Source: Verrucomicrobiota bacterium
GTDB lineage: Bacteria; Verrucomicrobiota; Verrucomicrobiia; Limisphaerales; CANJXF01
Direction of reading: 5' to 3'
Length of the DNA: 64,000 nt
Assembly: GCA_038214755.1 (NCBI GenBank)
Contig: JBBQRQ010000006.1
Span: 1 to 64,000, forward strand
Every line of letters starts with the position of its first letter. Positions within the stretch are counted from its first letter, which is position 1. Below, one piece after another: positions 40,929-48,988 of this stretch. The position numbers were made by a program, and so were the translations under genes. The notes beneath the pieces were generated by a model. It had not been told where the DNA came from and searched no databases. It saw only the letters and a program-made list of their open reading frames with translations.

Positions 40929-41490
40929 GGAGCGCGGACGTTCTTCGTCCGCGTGAATCCACACTAAGCCGAAAGGATTCAGTTGGACAAACGGCTCGCC
41001 CTCACCCCCACCCTCTCCCCCGAGGAGAGGGAACCCGCAATCAGCACACGCAATCGGTCACTCAAAGGGAACTCTTCCAGCGCTGTATAACATTCCCCCC
41101 CATGAACCCTTGTAGCCGCCGACGTGAGGAGGCGGAACCTTGCCTGGCCCGCATTTCTCACCGTAAGGCTGAATACGACAGGAGCGCGGCATTTATGCCG
41201 CTTCAACTGTCGAACTGGAAAAATCTGTTCCACCGCTGGCTGCCCAGCGACGACGAAGCGGCATAAATGCCGCGCTCCGGCGAGCAATGCGGGCTAGCAG
41301 CCCAAATCCGCCTCCTAACGTCGGCGGCTACGGTTCAGGGGTTCAATGCGCGAAATTTTCGTTCGGGGAAATCTCTCCTTGGAGGAAAGGCACGAGGTGA
41401 GGTCGAGCGTTGCTTTGCGCTTAATCGTTCCGGCTAACCGCCGATTCTCCCGGTGAGAATGGAACTCGCGGACGAGAACGTCCGCGCTCC
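40929..41490. repeat. 560-bp nest of at least four palindromic repeat families
   Basis: Outer ggagcgcggacg..tccgcg pair (40929/41467) encloses a ccctcaccc unit (40999) and a gtagccgccgacgtgaggaggcgga pair (41112/41331), which encloses a ggagcgcggcatttatgccgc pair (41181/41278). Confidence 0.85.
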
Positions 41491-41561
41491 CATGTTTTCC
41501 CCAGGGAAAATTTCCCCACCCAGACTTGTCTGGAAATTTTTTTGGCGGAATATCCCGGCTC

Positions 41562-43217
41562 ATGCAGACAATCGTCATTGGCCATCGCAACCCGGACATG
41601 GACTCCATTTGCTCGGCGTTGGGTTATGCCCGCCTCAAACAATTGCTGGGAATGCGAGACGTGATCGCCGCGCGCGCCGGCAACACCAATGCGCGAATCG
41701 ATTTTGTTCTGCAAAAATTCCACGTCGAGCCGCCCATTTTTTTGAGCGACGTTTCCCCGCGCGTCAGCGACGTGATGAAACGCGACGTGGTTTCTGTCCG
41801 GGCTGATTCCGCGATTTACGACGCCGTTCTTTTGATCGAACAAAAACAATTGCGCGGTCTGCCCGTGACCGACGAAAACAATCGCTGCCTCGGTCTGCTC
41901 TCCTCCTCGAAAATCAGTCATCACCTTTTTCCGGCCCGCGAAGAAGCGGCCAACGCCAGAGTGATCGTCGCGTCACTGGCCAGCATTGTCGCCACCTTCG
42001 GCGGAAAAGTTTTGACGGGCGAACTTCCCACCGAGCCGACCGAGCAAGTTCTGATGATCGGCGCGATGAATGCCGACACCTTTTCAAAACGATTGCAGCT
42101 TCATCATCCCGAAAAAGTTTTGGTCATCGTCGGCGACCGCGATGACATTCAAATGCGCGCCATCGATTCCAAAGTGCGCGCGATCATCATCACCGGCGGT
42201 TTGGAAATTTTGGGAACGGTCAAGCGCGCGGCCAAAGAAGCCGGCGTGACCATCATCAGTTCTCCGCACGACAGCGCCACGACCGTTTTGCTGGCGCGCG
42301 GTGCGGTGCGGGCCGACCAAATGGTGGGCGCGGATTTCACGAGCTTCCATCCCGACACGCTGCTGGAAGTGGCGCGCGAACAAGTGGCGAATTTGCCCGC
42401 TTATTTATTTCCCATTATCACCGAGGACGGCGCGATGGTCGGCGTTTTGTCCAAAAGCGATTTCATCAAGCCGGTGCCGCGGCGGTTGATCCTTGTCGAT
42501 CACAACGAAGTTGCACACGCCGTTTCGGGCGCGGACAAAATTTCCATCATCGAAATTCTCGACCATCATCGCCTCGGCGGATTCACCAGCGAATCGCCCA
42601 TTCATTTTTGGAACAATCCGGTCGGCTCAACCAGCACCATCGTCGCGCTTTGCTATCAACAAATGAGCGTGCCGATTCCGCCGGACATTGCCGGGTTGCT
42701 CATGGCCGGGTTAATTTCCGACACGCTCAATCTTTCTTCTCCCACGGCAACGCAAGTGGACAAAGACGTTCTCGAACATCTCTCGAAAATCGCTAAAACC
42801 GATCCGACGAAATTGGCCAAGGAGATTTTCGCAGTCGGTTCGCCGTTGCTGACCATGACCCCGCGACAAGTCATCACGGCGGATTGCAAAGAGTATGAAG
42901 AAGTTGGCAAGCGCTTCACCGTCTCGCAGATCGAGGAGTTGAGCTTCTCGCATTTGCCGGAAAAACAAGCCGCGCTGATCGAAGCGCTCGACCGCCATTG
43001 CCGCAACAAAGATTTATTTTTCGCCGCGTTGCTCGTGACCGACATCAACACCCAGAATTCCCTCCTGCTCGTGTGCGGCGCGCCGGAATTTTTGCAGCGA
43101 ATAAATTTCCCATCGCACGGCCCGCATGTTTGGGAACTGCCCGGAGTCGTTTCGCGCAAGAAACAATTATTGCCTTACCTGTTGCAATGTCTTTCCGGCA
43201 TCGTGCGAGCTGGGTAA
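41562..43217 (+). CDS. ppaC: Mn-dependent inorganic pyrophosphatase with CBS and DRTGG domains
   Basis: GHRNPDMDS; CBS pair; VGDR.D; LVDHNE; ILDHHR; PVGST; ISDTL; GVVSRKKQ. Confidence 0.93.
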   Translation: MQTIVIGHRNPDMDSICSALGYARLKQLLGMRDVIAARAGNTNARIDFVLQKFHVEPPIFLSDVSPRVSDVMKRDVVSVRADSAIYDAVLLIEQKQLRGLPVTDENNRCLGLLSSSKISHHLFPAREEAANARVIVASLASIVATFGGKVLTGELPTEPTEQVLMIGAMNADTFSKRLQLHHPEKVLVIVGDRDDIQMRAIDSKVRAIIITGGLEILGTVKRAAKEAGVTIISSPHDSATTVLLARGAVRADQMVGADFTSFHPDTLLEVAREQVANLPAYLFPIITEDGAMVGVLSKSDFIKPVPRRLILVDHNEVAHAVSGADKISIIEILDHHRLGGFTSESPIHFWNNPVGSTSTIVALCYQQMSVPIPPDIAGLLMAGLISDTLNLSSPTATQVDKDVLEHLSKIAKTDPTKLAKEIFAVGSPLLTMTPRQVITADCKEYEEVGKRFTVSQIEELSFSHLPEKQAALIEALDRHCRNKDLFFAALLVTDINTQNSLLLVCGAPEFLQRINFPSHGPHVWELPGVVSRKKQLLPYLLQCLSGIVRAG

Positions 43218-43297
43218 TTCCAACTCATAATTTTCAAAACGGACGCGTGCGGTTACATCTGGCAATCGCCGATGGCTATCAGCTACGTTCCTCAGTC

Positions 43298-43327
43298 AAA
43301 AAAAACCGGCGAACGAGTCGCCGGTTT
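43298..43327 (-). terminator. Intrinsic terminator ending the tracrRNA
   Basis: aaaccggcga/tcgccggttt stem with an A8 tract at 43298-43305 (U8 on the minus strand). Confidence 0.8.
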
Positions 43328-43440
43328 AATTTAAGAAACGCTTTTGTTACTTTCGTAACGAACTGGTGTAAACGCATGGCGCTTAGATTTTCCAGCTTGC
43401 GTTATCTAACTTTGTCTTGATTCCAATTTAGACAGGCAGA
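43298..43440 (-). ncRNA. tracrRNA
   Basis: Anti-repeat at 43409-43428 (minus strand AATTGGAATCAAGACAAAGT) pairs with repeat 5'-GCTTTGCCTTGATTCCAATT, with a terminal G-U and one C-A mismatch. Downstream are a GTTAC-GAAA-GTAAC hairpin and a U-tract terminator. Candidate promoter TTGGCG-N18-TAGGTT at 43469-43440. Confidence 0.85.
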
Positions 43441-43458
43441 ACCTACCGATTCCACACC

Positions 43459-46400
43459 ATGAGCGCCAAGCAAAAAATTTCTCTCGCAACTAACCCTGCC
43501 GATTTGCAACTCGCGTTTGATGTCGGTCACAGTTCCATCGGCTGGGGCGTGCTTCAAGCGGCGGGGCGAGAATCTTCGCAAGCCAAACTTTCTCCGGCTC
43601 TTTCCATCAATATTCTCGGCTGCGGTGCGGTAACATATCGTGCAGATGATTGCCTTGCCAGCGCACGGCGTGGCTACCGCCGTCAGCGCCGACACATCCG
43701 CTCCACGCGCCAGCGCATTGCCCGAATGAAAATTCTACTGAAACATCTCGGAACGTTGAGTGAAAAAGAATTGAATGCGCCCGGTTGCGCATGGCCGTGG
43801 CTGTTGGCCTCGCAGGTTTTAAGCAAAGGAAAATTGCTCACATGGCCGGAACTTTGGGATGTGCTGCGTTGGTATTCGCACAATCGTGGCTACGATGGAA
43901 ATCGGCGTTGGAGTGCCGTCGAGGTCGAGGCGCAAAAAGAAGATTCGGAGAAAGAGGAAAACGCTCGAACATTGATGGGCAAGCATGGCACGCAGAGCAT
44001 GGCAGAAACATTCTGCAAAGAACTTGGCGTCGATCTGTCCGGTAAAAAGAAATCTTCCATGAAGCGTTTCAAAGGTTTGAACGCGGCTTTCCCACGCGAA
44101 ATCGTGGAAGGTGAAGTTCAAAAAATCCTACGCGCGCACTTTGGCAAATTAAAAGACGTGGATGTAAATCTCGAAAAGGTCTTGTTCACTGATTGGCGGG
44201 CGGTCCTCTGCTCTGATTTGAAGCTTCCCAACCGTTACCAAGGGGGTTTGCTTTTCGGACAACTTGTTCCGCGTTTTGACAACCGCATCATTTCCATTTG
44301 TCCGATCAGCGGAGGGAAAGTTCCATCCCGCAATTGTCCGGAGTTTCTGAATTTCCGATGGGCGATGCAATTGGCGAATGTTCAAGTCGCGCGATTTGGC
44401 GAGCAAAAACTTTCATGCCTCACTGCCAAAGAGCGTGTTGAACTCGACAAACAGATGCGCGCCGTCGGCAGCATGACCGCGGAACAGTTCAAGAAAGCCG
44501 TGCGCGCCACCACCAGCGCGATTCGTGACAATCTGGACACGATGCTCATGCACCCTGACGCCAAGGAAGCCTTGTTGCTTGATCCGATCCAAAAGCTCGT
44601 TTGCTCCGACGACCTCGAATCATTTTGGATACTGCTCCCAGTGCGTTTGCAAAAACGACTGCGCGGGCAATGCCGGCGCGGGAAAGTTTTTTCTCTCTCT
44701 CAAATTCGCGCGCAACTGGAATCACTCGGCGATGTCAGCGGGTTTGACATGGAATTGCAAAGCCAACTAGATGCCCGCAACACCAAAGGGAAAAAGAAAG
44801 ACAAGCAAGTAACTCAGGAGGAACTGCTGCAACGTCACTTCCCGTCCAAGCCAATCAGACTGGATGGCCGCGCTGCTTTTGCCCGGCATTTACTTAAACA
44901 GGCTTATCAGGAAGTCCTTGCCGGCAAACATCCCAAAGAAGAAGGTGGTTGTCTATTCATCACCGAGGAAATTCGGCAAAAGCAGATGAACCGCGAGATT
45001 GCGGAGCAGACAAACAATCATCTTGTCCGCCATCGGCTTTTGATTTTGGAACGATTGCTCGGTGACATCATCAAGGAATACGCCACGGGCGACAAAAAGC
45101 GCATCGGCAAAATCACCATCGAAGTGAATCGCGACTTGCGGGAGATGTCAGGCAAGACGGCAAAAGCGAAAGCGCAGGACTTGGGATTACGCATCGCAAA
45201 TCATCACGCAGTTACGGAGAAATTGGAAAAGGCCTTTGATGGACAACGTTTCAATGGCAAACCGATTCGCATTGGATACGGACTGATTAAAATGGGGCGT
45301 GTCGCCGAAGACCTCGGCTGGCTTTGTCCTTACACCGGCCAACGGTTTGAACCGATTGATCTCGTGTCGCGGCGCGTGGACAAGGACCACATTATTCCGC
45401 GTTCAAGTCGTCCGTCCGATTCCTTGGATTCTCTCGTCATCACCTATTCAGCCATCAATAAATGGAAAGGCAATCGCACGGCATGGCAGTTTGTTGAACA
45501 GGAACAAGGGAAGCCAATTCCCGATCTCCCAAATCTTTCCGTCATGACTTTAACCCGCTTCAAACAATTCGTTGAGGGTCTTGAAACATACAAAGGCCAC
45601 GACGATGACAAGCGCCGGAAGAAGCGTCGGAAAGATTTAATGCTGCTTCCGAAATATGAGGAAAAAGAATTTGTTCCGCGAGACCTGACGCAGACTTCGC
45701 AGCTTGTTCGGCTCGGCGCACAAGTGCTGAAGCGCGCGTTTGCCGATTGCAAAGAAAAACCCATTGTTGTTTCTCTGCCTGGCTCGGTCACAGGCGCAGT
45801 TCGCAAATCATGGAAGGTTCTTGGCTGCCTGGCTCTCGCCAATCCGCAAGTGCTCGATGAAAACGGCGAAGTAAAAAATAAGACCGACATTCGCGAAATC
45901 ACGCATCTGCATCACGCGCTGGATGCGTGTGTGCTTGGATTGGCTTCACATTTCATTCCGAACAACGGTCGGGTTTGGGAATTGATCGTAAGACGCAACT
46001 TGAGAGACGAAGAGCAAAAAGAACTCATGCCGCTTGGCGTGTTCGGCTTTGGCGTTGAGAAACGTTTTGGTCTTCGCGATTTAGATGACAAATTAAAAGA
46101 ACAAATTTGCCAACGGCTCGCGGAGAAGCGCGTCGTGCAGCATATCCCCGCGCGCATGGACGGTTTACATGTCGAGCAAAACACTTGGGGGGTGGTAGCT
46201 AAAAATCAAGATGGCACCGTGCTGCTTCGCCAGCGAATTCGCCAAGCGGACGGTTCACGGAAGAAGAAAGAGGTGCCTGAGAAAAAAATAAAATTACTCG
46301 GGTTTGCGCCTTCAAAAGGTGTTGGAAAGCTTGCGACTAACAAGGGCGTGCTTGTCATCCCTGACAACTACGGTGTTGCCATTCTCGACCACGCGAAGGA

Positions 46401-46830
46401 TGAAAAGGATAGATTTGTCATCATCCCTTGGCACATGGTTTATGTTCGAATCTTCAAAGGGTTTAAAGACAAAGATGGCGAAATTTTAGAAAAAAGTCTC
46501 ATTGAACGCAACGGCGGGAAGATGCCGCGCATTTTGCGAAATGGCCAAATGGTTCAAATCATCGGCGGAACTTATAAGGGAGCTTGGAAAATTACTTCCA
46601 TTAAGAACCAAAAGACCGGAATCAAATTAAACCTGGCACAACCAGACACGGTGAACACTGAAGAAGAAGTGCTGGATTCAGAAAGTGGAAAGAAGATACG
46701 GAAAGTGCGGCCCGAATGCAGACACGAAGCGAGCCTTGCGTCAATAGTCAGCGGCGGGCTTGAGATTCTCGCACTACCCTTGACGGGCTTTCGTATTCAG
46801 CGGACTGAAACCAAAAAGCCTAAACGGTAA
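43459..46830 (+). CDS. cas9: Type II-C CRISPR effector Cas9 (1123 aa)
   Basis: RuvC-I LAFDVGHSSIGW; Arg-rich bridge helix; RuvC-II ITIEVNRD; HNH CPYTG..DKDHIIPRS..N..KGNRT; RuvC-III HHALDA. Confidence 0.97.
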   Translation: MSAKQKISLATNPADLQLAFDVGHSSIGWGVLQAAGRESSQAKLSPALSINILGCGAVTYRADDCLASARRGYRRQRRHIRSTRQRIARMKILLKHLGTLSEKELNAPGCAWPWLLASQVLSKGKLLTWPELWDVLRWYSHNRGYDGNRRWSAVEVEAQKEDSEKEENARTLMGKHGTQSMAETFCKELGVDLSGKKKSSMKRFKGLNAAFPREIVEGEVQKILRAHFGKLKDVDVNLEKVLFTDWRAVLCSDLKLPNRYQGGLLFGQLVPRFDNRIISICPISGGKVPSRNCPEFLNFRWAMQLANVQVARFGEQKLSCLTAKERVELDKQMRAVGSMTAEQFKKAVRATTSAIRDNLDTMLMHPDAKEALLLDPIQKLVCSDDLESFWILLPVRLQKRLRGQCRRGKVFSLSQIRAQLESLGDVSGFDMELQSQLDARNTKGKKKDKQVTQEELLQRHFPSKPIRLDGRAAFARHLLKQAYQEVLAGKHPKEEGGCLFITEEIRQKQMNREIAEQTNNHLVRHRLLILERLLGDIIKEYATGDKKRIGKITIEVNRDLREMSGKTAKAKAQDLGLRIANHHAVTEKLEKAFDGQRFNGKPIRIGYGLIKMGRVAEDLGWLCPYTGQRFEPIDLVSRRVDKDHIIPRSSRPSDSLDSLVITYSAINKWKGNRTAWQFVEQEQGKPIPDLPNLSVMTLTRFKQFVEGLETYKGHDDDKRRKKRRKDLMLLPKYEEKEFVPRDLTQTSQLVRLGAQVLKRAFADCKEKPIVVSLPGSVTGAVRKSWKVLGCLALANPQVLDENGEVKNKTDIREITHLHHALDACVLGLASHFIPNNGRVWELIVRRNLRDEEQKELMPLGVFGFGVEKRFGLRDLDDKLKEQICQRLAEKRVVQHIPARMDGLHVEQNTWGVVAKNQDGTVLLRQRIRQADGSRKKKEVPEKKIKLLGFAPSKGVGKLATNKGVLVIPDNYGVAILDHAKDEKDRFVIIPWHMVYVRIFKGFKDKDGEILEKSLIERNGGKMPRILRNGQMVQIIGGTYKGAWKITSIKNQKTGIKLNLAQPDTVNTEEEVLDSESGKKIRKVRPECRHEASLASIVSGGLEILALPLTGFRIQRTETKKPKR

Positions 46831-46845
46831 CACTACCGTTTAGGC
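46813..46845 (-). terminator. Intrinsic terminator on the minus strand, overlapping the cas9 stop
   Basis: Perfect 12-bp stem gcctaaacggta/taccgtttaggc with a 4-nt loop; A5 at 46813-46817. Confidence 0.75.
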
Positions 46846-46887
46846 GTGGAATCAAGGCTAAGCTGAAAATATCAGTTATGTTGATGT
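46813..46887 (-). ncRNA. Putative solitary crRNA-like RNA (guide + 17-nt repeat + terminator)
   Basis: 46847-46863 tggaatcaaggctaagc matches the repeat end 16/17; it directly precedes the terminator on the same strand as the inferred crRNA. Confidence 0.55.
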
Positions 46888-47199
46888 TCATAACATGAAT
46901 CTTCATTCACCAAAAAGACAACGCCGTGAAGGAGCGCTTTTAACGGCGCTCACCCCACGGCGAAGCTATCAAAGCAAGACCTTTTACTCGAATCGCCGAG
47001 AACTTCGACGCAAACTGACGTTGATAAAAACCGAATTTGTTATTTCACCGCCAGTTGTTTGGTTCGTTTCCGAACACATGAACGTAGCGAATATTTTCAT
47101 AGCCTCGCCAAGACAGGACACTGATACGCCTACAGACACACAACGACAAGAAAATATTTGATATGAAATTGTGGATACATTTTTTTACACAAAACTGGC

Positions 47200-48120
47200 A
47201 TGTCCTACCATATCGTCAGCATAGACTCGCCGCAATGTTCGCTTAGTTGCAAAGACGGCCAGTTGACCTGCAAAGTCCCCGGCGAAAAGGACAAGTCCTT
47301 GCCGCTGGAAGATGTGGCATCAATTATTATCACCAGCTTCTCGGCAAATATTCATAGCCATCTCTTTCTCGAAGCCGCCAAACATGGCGTCGCCTTGATC
47401 ATTTGCGAATCGTTCAAACCGGTCAGTCTCGTGCTTCCAGCGAATCGTTCCACTGATACGTTGCTCACTCGCGCCGTACTAAAACTGTCGCCGAAAACAC
47501 GGCTGCAACTTTGGCAAAAAACCATTGACGCGAAATGCCAGAATCAATTATCGCTCGCCGAACACATCGCGCCCAATGACGAACGATTGGAAGGAATGCG
47601 CAAAACCGCCTTCGGAAAAAAGCCACACAAAGAAGCCATCTGCGCGAAAATATTCTGGCAAATTCTTGGACGCGTTCTTGATGAAGATGAGTTTGTCCGG
47701 GAACGTGCCGCAGGTGGTTTGAATAATTTGTTGAACTACGGATACGCCGTTTTGCTTTCAACGGTTCTGCAAAAATTATTCGGTGTCGGACTCGATCCAA
47801 CCTTCGGCCTCTCGCATGTCGCGCGCGAACGCAGCACACCGTTGGCTTACGATTTGATGGAGCCGTTTCGTCCGTGCGTCGATTGGCGCGTCATTCAATG
47901 GGTGAGAAAACATCCCGAAAATAAAGAATGGGAAGTGACGAAGGAATTTCGCGGCTGGGTAACGGGTTTTCCATTGGAGCGCATTGACTATCTCGATTTC
48001 ACTTTGGAAATCCAAGGCTGCATCGAAGGGGTAATTCGCGGCTTCCGTCGCTCCGTCATGGAAAACCACGCGCGGAATTATAAACCATGGACACCGAGAA
48101 ATTCAAAATGGGTTGGCTGA
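47200..48120 (+). CDS. cas1: CRISPR-associated endonuclease Cas1 (type II)
   Basis: LPLEDV..III; EA..AK.FW; N.LLNYGYAVL; G.DP.FGL.H; LAYDLMEPFRP.VD. Confidence 0.97.
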   Translation: MSYHIVSIDSPQCSLSCKDGQLTCKVPGEKDKSLPLEDVASIIITSFSANIHSHLFLEAAKHGVALIICESFKPVSLVLPANRSTDTLLTRAVLKLSPKTRLQLWQKTIDAKCQNQLSLAEHIAPNDERLEGMRKTAFGKKPHKEAICAKIFWQILGRVLDEDEFVRERAAGGLNNLLNYGYAVLLSTVLQKLFGVGLDPTFGLSHVARERSTPLAYDLMEPFRPCVDWRVIQWVRKHPENKEWEVTKEFRGWVTGFPLERIDYLDFTLEIQGCIEGVIRGFRRSVMENHARNYKPWTPRNSKWVG

Positions 48121-48422
48121 TTGTTGCATTTGATTTGCCGGTCGTTGAAAAAAAACAGCGCAAGCGCGCGACTGATTTTCGCAACTTTCTTCTCGATGAC
48201 GGCTATCAGATGATGCAATTCAGCGTTTATGCGCGAGCCTGTGTTTCGTTCGCGCGACAGGAAACTCACATCGAACGACTCAAGAAAAATCTACCGCCCG
48301 AAGGAAGCGTGCGCGCCATTTTCGTTACCCGCGCCCAATGGGAGCGCTCGCACGTAATACAGGGTTCTCCTGCTTCTGAAGTAAAAGCGGAAGATTTGCC
48401 AGAACAAATTCAGCTCTGGTAG
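48087..48422 (+). CDS. cas2: CRISPR-associated Cas2
   Basis: MGWLIVAFDLPV..K..RK.A..FR..LL.DGY.M.QFSVY; overlaps the end of cas1. Confidence 0.96.
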   Translation: MDTEKFKMGWLIVAFDLPVVEKKQRKRATDFRNFLLDDGYQMMQFSVYARACVSFARQETHIERLKKNLPPEGSVRAIFVTRAQWERSHVIQGSPASEVKAEDLPEQIQLW

Positions 48423-48435
48423 CTGTCCCTCGCGT

Positions 48436-48485
48436 GGCCTGCTTGCCCCGACTTTCCTCCGAAGGAAAATCGGCTCAAGCAGGCC
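48436..48485. terminator. Long imperfect hairpin between cas2 and the array
   Basis: ggcctgcttg..cga.tttcct / aggaaa.tcg..caagcaggcc; no U-tract. Confidence 0.45.
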
Positions 48486-48528
48486 GTTTACGCCTAAGGC
48501 ATTTGCTTTGCCCGGTTTGCGCTTCGCG

Positions 48529-48828
48529 AGTCTGCGCCCCCCGGAATTGGAATCAAGGCAAAGCTACGCCCAGCACCATGAGGGTGCGTTCCTTAGTCTG
48601 CGCCCCCCGGAATTGGAATCAAGGCAAAGCTGCGTGAGAGTGTCCCCGCTAGCGCGCAAAAGTCTGCGCCCCCCGGAATTGGAATCAAGGCAAAGCTGCA
48701 GGTTAGAAAATAAAATTCCGGTGTTTAGTCTGCGCCCCCCGGAATTGGAATCAAGGCAAAGCGAGTCTGGACGGGCTCTCTGCCTAGTAAACAGTCTGCG
48801 CCCCCCGGAATTGGAATCAAGGCAAAGC
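48529..48828 (-). CRISPR. CRISPR array: 5 identical 36-bp repeats and 4 spacers of 30 bp
   Basis: Repeat agtctgcgccccccggaattggaatcaaggcaaagc at 48529, 48595, 48661, 48727 and 48793; minus orientation inferred from tracrRNA complementarity. Confidence 0.98.
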
Positions 48829-48934
48829 TAAAACCATCGGCGGGCGAGTCGCTGCAATATCGGGTTCAAGAAATCCTTCATTCCAAAATCAACCCTTCAT
48901 TTAATCGGCAGCGACTCGCCCGCCGATGGTTTTA
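48829..48934. mobile_element. 106-bp MITE/REP-like element with perfect 27-bp terminal inverted repeats
   Basis: taaaaccatcggcgggcgagtcgctgc (48829-48855) and its exact reverse complement (48908-48934). Confidence 0.65.
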
Positions 48935-48988
48935 AATTCTCCTCGCCTACAGCAGGTAGCGGATTAAGCAATACGCATTCACACTAAG

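Noticed and set aside
43221..43236. caactcataattttca as a cas9-upstream target of the crRNA-like guide
   Set aside because: Only 7 contiguous seed matches; needs a bulge; AT-rich.
43409..43444. Reading the partial repeat upstream of cas9 as a plus-strand orphan crRNA
   Set aside because: The minus-strand reading has a terminal G-U pair, a GAAA hairpin and a U8 terminator, which fits a tracrRNA. No target for the plus-strand flank was found.
45380..45480. Cas9 as a nuclease-dead variant
   Set aside because: Only the N854-equivalent is changed; the catalytic HNH and RuvC residues are present.
46895..47161. 88-aa plus-strand ORF between cas9 and cas1 (possible csn2/cas4/anti-CRISPR)
   Set aside because: No recognisable motifs or start context, and it overlaps RNA-like hairpins. 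Not called, though it cannot be excluded.
48565..48792. Self-targeting by the four array spacers
   Set aside because: No match noticed within the window by eye; a genome or virus BLAST is needed.
48508..48831. 107-aa ORF with SLRPPELESRQS repeats
   Set aside because: Translation of the CRISPR array; the 66-nt period keeps the frame open.
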